The translations under genes and the position numbers were made by a program. From Oopsacas minuta (Eukaryota > Animalia > Porifera), in contig JAKMXF010000325.1 of NCBI GenBank assembly GCA_024704765.1, positions 1 to 38,273 of the forward strand: a DNA stretch of 38,273 nt, in the 5' to 3' direction. This document shows, piece by piece, positions 12,938-22,154 of this stretch (positions are counted from its first letter, which is position 1; each line of letters opens with the position of its first letter). Below the pieces are notes generated by a model. The model was not told where the DNA came from, searched no databases, and saw only the letters and a list, made by a program, of their open reading frames with translations.

Positions 12938-13309
12938 TCTGAGATTATTTGTAACTTATGAAATTATGTGAAATGGCCGATAGAGATAGAGTTATATTGT
13001 TTAGTTTTCCTTAAATACCAGAAGTGTGTATCAATAATTAACATAACATTGCCTATTGTTATTATACGATAAAGGGAAGGAGAATAATTATTGAAAGTGG
13101 AAATCATTGTAGATAAAATCCATACAGATGAGGATGCACTTGAAGATTGTGACAAAGAAGACAAATTAGAAAAATTCTAACAAGTGAAGGTTACATCAAT
13201 AAATGATTCTAACAAGTGAAAAGGTCTGCATGATTCTAAGAAATGACAACTTATCAATTATAACAAATCTGCGCCCCCGCCTCGGGTATAAAACAGATGA
13301 AATTTAAAT

Positions 13310-13740
13310 TTTATCCATGGTACTTCCAAATTACATTTAATTAACTTAGTTTGTAACACTTCAGCTCTTACGTGGCTATTGGTTAATAATCTCGGCACTT
13401 CGTGCCTCGTGCATAAGAAATTAGAAAAATATTTTTCTACAGTCATGATGATGTAATAATTTCATGATTAGTCTGCAACTGTTCAAAATGATGACGTCAG
13501 AACATTTAGTATATTGTGGGATAGCTGTGATTCAATTTTCAACCATCTATCATTTATATTGGCTGACCAGTGGCTAATAATGTGATTTGAAATCCATAAT
13601 GGTAACAATGACGTCACTAGGTGTTAAATTTCGTCCAAGACTCAAATTTCCGAGCCACGCCCAAAATACGGTTGTGTACCAAAAATCAGCCCTGAGGGTC
13701 ACAAGTCTCTTCTATCAATTCCGAACACACACACTTTGCA
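13310..13740 (+). repeat. Dispersed non-coding repeat, one copy
   Basis: Collinear with 26145-26490 and 26660-27140 (CCATGG..., CTTACGTGGC, ATTGGCTGA, TTTCGTCCAAGACTC, ATCAATTCCGAACA); superfamily not assigned. Confidence 0.65.
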
Positions 13741-14912
13741 GTTTATGGACGTGCCTGATATGGACACTAGTGTATGGCCATGCCATAATACAAAGTTCTC
13801 TTCTGATTCTTTAATAATTACGAAATTAAAATAAATACTAAATGCACTAATCTACTGATCGTTATCATTATGTACAGTGTTGACAAATATAAAATTCAGC
13901 TTGTATGCTAGATGATATGCCAGAATATTCATTATAATTATTTTTTGCTAGATTTATACAAGTCGAGCTCGTATTATTTCAGATCTTGCATACATTATAA
14001 TTGCCTGTATGGTAACACCGATTAATTAATATAATACATTGCGCAACCATTCCAACTCTTGAATTTCATAGATTATCATAACAAATATGAATATAAACTA
14101 ATAAGCATTATATATCATTAATATCAACAGTCGGCATGTTTCACCATACTTTGAAAAAGTATTTGAGTTTGCAAACTAAAATTGAAAGGGAATATCAATA
14201 ATTAATGTAAATAATATTAAATAATCTGTGATAACATTACAATATATACTGGTGAAAATACTATTAAACTAATAAATACTCAAACACAAAGAAGGACATA
14301 TATTTCTTCTTGAATATTATTTGTATTAAACAATAAAAGTCCAAAGTTCGTCATTATATTACCAATAATGTATTTTATGTATATTCTTTTTGGAAATATT
14401 TGTGAAACTCAAGTTCGAAGCACGGACTATATTCTTAATTCCATTTGTGACCAATGATAATCAATTCTGTAAAAGTACTCTACATATCCATTAAAAGCTC
14501 TAAGTGTATCCAGGTTAACTTGATTAAATCAGATAATTCGTACACGTTTATTGTATTATATAATCACCATCAATCCCTTACAGAAATTGTTTCTTAATTT
14601 TCGTTCCTGCATATCTGTAACCAAACGACAACATCTATTTCCTTTCTAACTATGGTTATAATCCAGGAATTATCCAAATCTTTCAATTCTTCACCATTTA
14701 TTGGGAGATATAGAATTGAATCCTGGGGCCTACCAGAAGAGAAGAGTCCATGAACCTTCTCGACGAGAAGAAACTAGCTGATTCAGTCATTAATATATTT
14801 CACCTGAAGAATAGGGTAAAAAATCTGCATCCTGAACATCACAGGAACATACAGAGAAAATGAGAAACAAAAGTGGAAAAGAGTTCAGAATTCAAACTTG
14901 TTTCACAATCAA

Positions 14913-15091
14913 AGTGTAGAGTCTCCCAAAACGGACACTCTGAAAAGCGGACAACACCTCTACAACGGACAAGCTCGTGGAACGAGATAAGTTAATATTA
15001 CATATAAATAATACCTTTGAGAAGCGGACATCTTATCTACAAAGGACAACTCTAATCCCCAATGTGTCCGTTATTGGGAGACTCCACTGTA
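14913..15091. mobile_element. Tc1/pogo-type MITE, about 180 bp
   Basis: Ends GAGTCTCCCAAAACGGACAC / GTGTCCGTTATTGGGAGACTCCACTGTA; internal CGGACA repeats. Confidence 0.7.
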
Positions 15092-15382
15092 CCTTCGTGA
15101 ATAAACAGACACAATTCCAAAAGACCATTGGCGAAGGATGAAATCTACGATGTCCTAGAAGAATTTAACGTAAAAAATCACGAACATTCAGGCAGGACAA
15201 ATTGTATAAGATAGTTAATCAATATTACTTTGGAGTTACTGAAGAACTGCGTGATTTTTATGTCAAATTTTGTCCAACTTGCCTGAAAGCAATCAATAAA
15301 ATATGGAGTTACCAAACCAATCGTATCAAAAAATTACCTGAACAGAGGTCAAATTGATTCCATCGAATCAGAGATATGAATC

Positions 15383-18381
15383 CACAGTGGCACGGCATGT
15401 GGAAATAGGTGAAAAAAATATAACCTCAAATTGCTTTATAGTGTTGATATTTGAATTCAGCACCCCCACAAACCTCGGAAAACATTTGACATCTCTACAA
15501 TAGACTTTCCATTTAGCTCCTACGTCTATTCCAATGAGAGCATAATTGAAATTCGAAAGATTGATTTATGGTTTCAATTTTCGGTCATGATGTAATTTTG
15601 AATAATATGGATTCTCCACGTCAAATAACTGCTATTTATAGTATACCAATCGAAAGCTCTTATGTTGCTGAATAATAAATCACGTTAATCTTGGCTCCAA
15701 TGAACAGATGGAATTTACTATTCTCATTTTAAACAAGCTTGTTCGTACAAGTGCAATAAATAGAAACATGTTTCATTAAAACTCTAGTACTTTTTTTGCC
15801 TTCACTTGCGGAACTTTCCATTGCACTTTCCTAATAGCTCTTTTCGTCCTCTACAAAATACACTTTAAATTATGGTGTCAGGAGTGTCAACGATATTTTT
15901 TTTTGCGATTTTAAATATAATCCATTCACAATTATCTAATTTTTGGCCCATATAAATCATAAATAATTGTTGTGGTTGTTTATTAGCACATTTTTCATTA
16001 TGAATAACGAAGATGCATACACGTTCTTAACTGCACAAAAGAATAAAACAATCACTTCTCTCGCGTCCTCGTTTATTGTCCTCAATAATTTGGAAGAAAC
16101 AGAGCATGATACAGTTCGGAGAAAATTTTCGACCCTCAGAGAAGATAGGAGAGAATACCTGAAACGAGCCGATATAACTACTTGGAATGCGATACCTTTT
16201 CATACACCACTTAAACACCCGAGATTGAGTACAGGTTATCAATGCTCAGATGAAGTCATAGTGATAGGGAGTGTTTCTTCTAGCCAATCAACCTCTGTTT
16301 TCGAAGAAGATTTTAGTAAGCCCACCCGTAAGCCTCTGAGGTAATTATCAACTAAAGGTCTTCGCAGCCGATTGTCCTCCTTACTAACACATCTTGAAAA
16401 GGTTGCTGTACAAGAGAATGTTTCCAGTAAAGAACTATCCTGTTACCTGATGATGCTATGTTCACAGACTGAATACGACTTTACTACTACCAAGTTCTGT
16501 AAAGAAATTATTGCTAAGGGAAGCTTCGGTCCAGTCTGCAATAAACTAACCTGCGATAAAGCTGCGTTCTTGATGGATTCTTTAGAAATTGGAAAGAAGA
16601 AATACATCGATTTAAGACGTTTATTGCTTTCAGATGTCCAGCTTCCAGGTTACAATCGATTAGCTACCTATCGATCTCAAATTTGCTTGACTAATGACAT
16701 CTTTTCAGTTGATCGAGAACATCGGGTAGGCATTGCTGTATCTTACAAAAAGCTTCTGACTCATACAGTAAACAGAATATTGACTGCTTCTGCCAATGAA
16801 ATTCCCAGCGCCAGCAATCCTAAAAGGGTACGAATTTCAGATGGACTTGACTGTTCTGGCTCTCACCGGGTTTATCAGCAAGCGACTCACCCCAATATTT
16901 CAACAAAAAGTTTTATTTTATTCGGGTTTAAGGTGATTTCCATATCCGACACCGATAACAAACTGATTTGGAAAAACCCTCTACCAAATTCTCCTTTCTC
17001 AATTAGACCCGTTGCGATACTAGCTCTACAGGAGAACGAAGACAATATTCGATATCTTATGGATACACTAATCAATAAGGAGTCCACAGAGATAACGGAA
17101 AAGGGTTTAGAACTAACAAGCGGATTTTGTGAAGTTGAAATTCAACGTTCACAATTGGATGGCAAAATGGCTAAGATTATTAGTGGAGCTGGGGGTGCAT
17201 GCTGCCAGTTCTGCACAGCGACATTCAAACAAATCCATGATCCGGATATCGTAAAAGACGGTTTTCCAATTAATCGATCCATCACAGACCTGAAAGTATT
17301 ATTTGATGAAGTTAACGAAGAGGAGTTTCTATCATTATCTTCTGACAACAGATTCAACGTTACACACAGACCAATATCTGACTTAGAAATCATACCCAGT
17401 TCGCCTTTGCATGCATATCTCCGATGTTTTGGCTGGTTTTTACATCTAATTAGCCATTTGCACGCAGGAGTATTTAAGTGGTCACCAACTTCTAAGAGAG
17501 TCTCAGATGCTAAAACTTTCGTTACAAGTTTAATTAAAGACAATCTCAATATTATTATTGACATCCCTTCAACACAAGGTGGCACAACGACTACTGGTAA
17601 TGTGGTAAGACGATGCTTGATAAGAAAGGATGACAACGATCAAGATTTCCTCTACTGGGTTTGACAGTGATCCCGTCTGAGTTCAAGTCCCACATAATTG
17701 AAATTCACACATGCCTAGGAGCAATCCTACGCGTCTATAATAGCAGCAGAAGAGTGGATACAGAAGAACTAGCGCTTGTTTGCAGTAATATCTACCAGTC
17801 AATTCTCTGTGCATTTCCTTGGGCTAATGTTTCCCCGACGTTACACAAACTGTTAGCACATGCACCGGAAATCATCTCAACGTTTAATGATGGACATGGG
17901 CTAGAGAACTTATCTGAAGAAGGACTAGAGGCTTCTAACAAATATATTCGGAGATACAGAGATCGTCTTGCTCGCAAGTTTTCATTTGAAGAAAATTTAA
18001 AGGATGTATTTGTTCGATTGATTTCTCACAGTGATCTCATGCTGTTAATGAATCGCAAGTTTTCTATTCCAAGGCCTCCATCTAGCCAAGGACTTAGAAG
18101 TAGCCAAGATATTTTAGTGAACACCCTTATTCGTGATCATGAAGATCATAATGATGATTAAAAGTAAACCTCTCAATCGATTAATAGAAAATTTGGGGAA
18201 TTTTCACACCTCAGATAGGTGACAATGACGTCATAACTTTGTCACCTGAAGGGATAGAGAAAAAATGAGTATCCCATTCGATTCGTTGGGCTCGAAAACC
18301 TATATGACAATAATACATTTTGAGGACCTATGTGCCATCAAAATGCCTATTTCCACATTCTGACCATTTCGTGCCACTGTG
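15383..18381 (+). mobile_element. Complete Transib/RAG1-like DNA transposon (2,999 bp)
   Basis: Termini CACAGTGGCACG...CGTGCCACTGTG; perfect 5-bp TSD GAATC at 15378-15382 and 18382-18386; second conserved block ATGTGGAAATAGG in both ends; encloses a RAG1-core-like transposase. Confidence 0.95.
16000..18161 (+). pseudogene. Transib/RAG1-core-like transposase, 720 aa when repaired
   Basis: One in-frame TAA (16342-16344) and one missing T near 17661; motifs GLD(C)SGSH..YQQ, PNSP..RP, QLDGKM, CQFC, PLHAYLR, TTGNVVRR, SPTLHKLLAHAPEII, LSEEGLEASNK, ARK. Confidence 0.92.
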
Positions 18382-19729
18382 GAATCTGGCTGTAAACACG
18401 TAACCAGATGGGGTCACACCCTATAAATACCTTTTTGTCCACATAGACCATATACCGATAATCAACTTGGTCCCACAAGTGAGAAAAACAGCAGAAAATA
18501 TTCGTGATATTTGTATTTAAAATAATCTGGGAACAAGGCCCACGTCTTATATTGCATTCGTATAATGGAGCAGAATTCTCAAATCGCCTTCTATTCGAAA
18601 CTTTACGCAATAAAGAACATTGGGAGTGTGATTAATGACGAAGACGAATTGAATAACTTTCAACAAACCTCTGTTGCGATTCAATCCCAATTATATTAAT
18701 CATCTCACTAGACTCAAAACGAAGTGCCTATAAATACAGATGAGAATCCTAATGAACAATGTCTACATATTTATCTAAGCTCCCGCTAATTCCCGACGAT
18801 TATGAATTTTCAATATCAGATACAGTTCCACCTGGCACAATTCGGTGGTAGAGAATATCATACGAAACCCCAACATCTAGTATTCCAGTAATTCTCGAGA
18901 AACAAATTGGAGCAATAGACTCATATCATTTAATTCCAGGGAAGCAGTTTCCCATGAGACGACCATCTAGTAGTTCATCCATAGTGTCAAATATAAATCC
19001 AACCAATTCAACTAACTTACTCTGTGCTGTATGTGAGAATGAAACAAGTGGATGACACTCTTGACCCTGAGTGTAGTCGTTTCCCCACGTACCTTGCTGA
19101 ATTCTACAAGTGGAAGAGGGATTTGGGAACTCAAGTATGGTGTCAAGGTTGTTTTCTCAAAGAAAAGAGTCCAAATTCCCATAATTTAAGAAGAATATAA
19201 AGAAATCAAGAAACACTACATGATCGTATGCTAAAGTCAAGTGGGAAAATTCAAACTGACTGAAATCGGTGATACTGTGATTATACTCATTCCCTAACCT
19301 GCCAAATGAGTTCGATTGAACCACCCAATTTTATGGGTCATATAATTGACGCACATGACTCTGTTTACACTGTAGCTAATCGCATGGCAAAATTTCCTCT
19401 GGCTATGCAAGGAATCAATTTGATGTTTGTCCATTCAGAATCAGTGCAAATGAGCCTTGTCATACTTCTAGAGTCAGTCAAACGGAAGCAATGCAGACTG
19501 CTTCTCTGAGTCTGAGTGGATCGGCATGTAGATGTAAGCTGATCTTGCTTAGTCTCAAAAATTTTCGAATTTGTATAATACAGATAGTTCGCTACAAGAG
19601 TAGTCGAGTAGATTATAAATACTTTAGTGTATTGAACAATTTTTAAATTAATTATGTGGTATGGTAAACGGAGTTCACCGTTTTAACGTAACTTGATATG
19701 AACGAGCCCATCCTTGTAGTAGAGTAGTA

Positions 19730-20666
19730 CAGGGCCGGTCCTTCCACTAGGCGAATTAGGCAGTCGCCTAGGGCGGCACAATTTAGGTGCGACATATTTG
19801 CAAACTGAGTGAACAATTGAAGTACACACAACGATCACATGCTTATGTAAATTGAAAATGCTCATCCTCTGATTGTCCCACACCCATAATCTAAACACAC
19901 ATCAATTATACTTATTTTTCACCCACTTTGATTTTATAATCCGTGAACTAATTGGCCCAATTCTCTAAATACTTTTTCCTCGTAAATTCCAAGTACTCAA
20001 TGTTGATTTGTTATTAGAATTTAGCAGGGGCGTAACTTCCCCGGTTTATCAGGTTCCAATCAGGACTTCATCTAGAGTTAGGCATCCCACATCCTATGTA
20101 TGCATAGTTGAAATTTCGTCCAACCTAATGTATTATGAATATGGGATAGCCCCTGATATGGGCCATTTTCCGTCTCCCTCATAAATATTTCCCAAATAAC
20201 ACTCACTCCTGGATGCGCGGGTCCGCCCAAATAAGGACTGGTTCCAACCTGACCACTTTTGTTGTTAATTTTCCAAATACTTTTATCGCTCTACGTATCC
20301 TGTTAGCACTCCCAGTTCCTGTTGCAAGTGGTGAGAGAAGTTTATCGAAGCTGAAACTGATTTAAAAAAACATATATTCGTTCTTCAATGATACAGGAAA
20401 GACTTATGGACTTGTCAACAATATCTGTTGAACATGCAATAGCCCAAAAGCTAGATCTTAAGAAACTAATGACTGAATTTACTATAACTAAAGCTGGAAA
20501 AGTAGATTTTGATTCTTAGGTTGCTGTTATAACTTTACTACCTACACTTCATTTAGTTATTTTCAAAATAGTATTTTTAGGACATGTATTCGAAAATTTG
20601 GAAGGCGACACGACTTCAAATTTGCCTAGGGTGGCGGATTTAGAACCCGATTCAAGGACCGGCCTG
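19730..20666 (+). mobile_element. Internally deleted hAT element
   Basis: TIRs CAGGGCCGGTCCTT / AAGGACCGGCCTG with CCTAGGG(C/T)GGC subterminal motifs; no matching 8-bp TSD seen. Confidence 0.7.
20260..20518 (+). pseudogene. hAT C-terminal dimerisation domain remnant (ZMYM1-like transposase)
   Basis: NFPNTFIALRILLALPVPVASGERSLSKLKLI..YIRSSMIQERLMDLSTISVEH with one frameshift. Confidence 0.85.
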
Positions 20667-22154
20667 ATTTGTTGCATAGTCAAATGAGGCTTAAGTAACT
20701 TTAATCAAAGAAATCCTTCTAGAAGGTGGTGATAAATTGTATTTACAGGTCATAGAGGCATAGAGCCCTAAATTAGATTAATCCGTGACCTACGTAGGTC
20801 ACGGTAGATTGTATTCAGATAAGGAACAAAACTAATCACGTACAGTATTTCCCAAGAGAAGCACCAGGGGGATTATTATTTCGTTGGAATCTTTTGATAA
20901 AAGTTTTACAATTTTTGAAAATACAAATGATTGAGAAACTAATTATCCCTATTTGTTTCATAGTCAAATGAGGCTTAGGTAACTTGCATCAAAGAAATTC
21001 TTCTAGAAGGTTGTGATAAAATTATTTACAGGTCATGCAACCTTTCTCTAGCTCCCTAAGCTTATTGAAGCCCCGGTGCTAATTGAGGGAAATAGGATAC
21101 ATTATTCGTCTATACTGAAGGACATACTTCCGCCGGTTTTGGTTCTAATTTAAATATATTAGGGGGTAAATATCCTCCTTTGGTGGACTAAGCCCATCTT
21201 AGCCTCCTGCCCTCATCTCTGATTCAGTGAAATTGCACTGATGAAAATATGGTCTGGCCAAAAGTGGGGTTTCTAGGGTATATGTTACATCATCTATATA
21301 ATGATCCTATCATGGGAGGAACAGGCTGATCAGGTACTACGTCCATGGAACTTGAATTAGATTTCCAATGAATAAAATTGGGGAGAAATTATCCGACTCG
21401 CTCGCCCAAAATTTCTTTACTTCTACCAACATTTCAGAGAGTTATACTGTAGACATGAGCATAACTTTCCTCCCCCACGATAATATTTGGAATCGACGCG
21501 CCCTGCATGCGACATGGCTTTAACACCCCTCTATTATAATGGTAGACCAAATACACAAGGAATGATAGTAACTGACTATATCCCAAGGGCACAGGCCCCA
21601 CCTCATTAATGTAAGTATGCGCTCAGTTAAATTACCTGTGCCCCACCAGTAGCGCTGCCACTGCCTAGGGTTCCAAAGCCACTATGTTGAATGTGAGTTT
21701 GCGCTACTGAGGTCAAGGGGTTATTAACTAAACTTAAACTTAATCTTAACTTAGAAAAGATAAGTCTAACCGGGAGCAGACTTAACTTTCAACATCTTAG
21801 ATTTTATTATGTCAAATATTTTATAACCAAATCAGAGGCCTAAACTTCATGGGTGTAGGAGTGTCTGGTCCCCCCATGATCAATTGTGGGCATAACAACT
21901 TGATGCTACACGACACCAGATGACTTGGAATTTGAGATTGCACTCCCTTGGATCGACTCAAAGTTTCCGCAGTAGCGTAGTCGGGGAGAGCCATCGTTTC
22001 CCCCGCGCCATTTGCACAGCCTTTCCAAAAATCGTACAATCGTCACTATATTTCCCCATCTCCTGTTTCCACTACTTCTCTTGTGATATTTCCTCATTCA
22101 CTTACATTCGCTAACTAGGATGCTAATCTAATCCAATCCAATCGATACCGATAT

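Larger units (their letters stand above)
15095..19510 (+). pseudogene. Decayed Ginger/KRBA2-SCAND3-like integrase, split by the Transib insertion
   Basis: Left part: H..H.GR...FCPTC zinc finger and GVTKPIVSKNYLNRGQID; right part: PDG..PYKYLFVHIDH, KTAENIRDI, LHSYNGAEFSNR, Cys-rich CAVCENETSG..H..CxxC..HVPC..EEGFGTQVWCQGC, EIGDTVII..PNFMGHII; many frameshifts. Confidence 0.7.

Noticed and set aside
17655-17665. GGGTTTG at the transposase frameshift as a programmed -1 slippery site
   Set aside because: The heptamer is in the wrong phase relative to the reading frame (TGG GTT TGA); loss of one T explains it, and the gene has a separate TAA lesion
16027-17977. Antisense ORFs within the Transib element as a possible convergent RAG2-like gene
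   Set aside because: They overlap the transposase completely, are short, and show no kelch or PHD pattern
18027-18033. CACAGTG inside the transposase
   Set aside because: Falls within coding sequence (SHSD) with no second block; chance occurrence
19020-19160. Cys/His cluster near the RAG1-like gene as a possible RAG2 PHD finger
   Set aside because: It lies outside the GAATC-bounded element, belongs to the Ginger/KRBA2-like relic, and no kelch repeats are visible
21560-22110. Possible 3' end of an L2/CR1-type LINE on the minus strand
   Set aside because: Only vague similarity (RSKGVQ..IPSHL) and a TTAAG-rich tail; no convincing reverse-transcriptase or endonuclease motif
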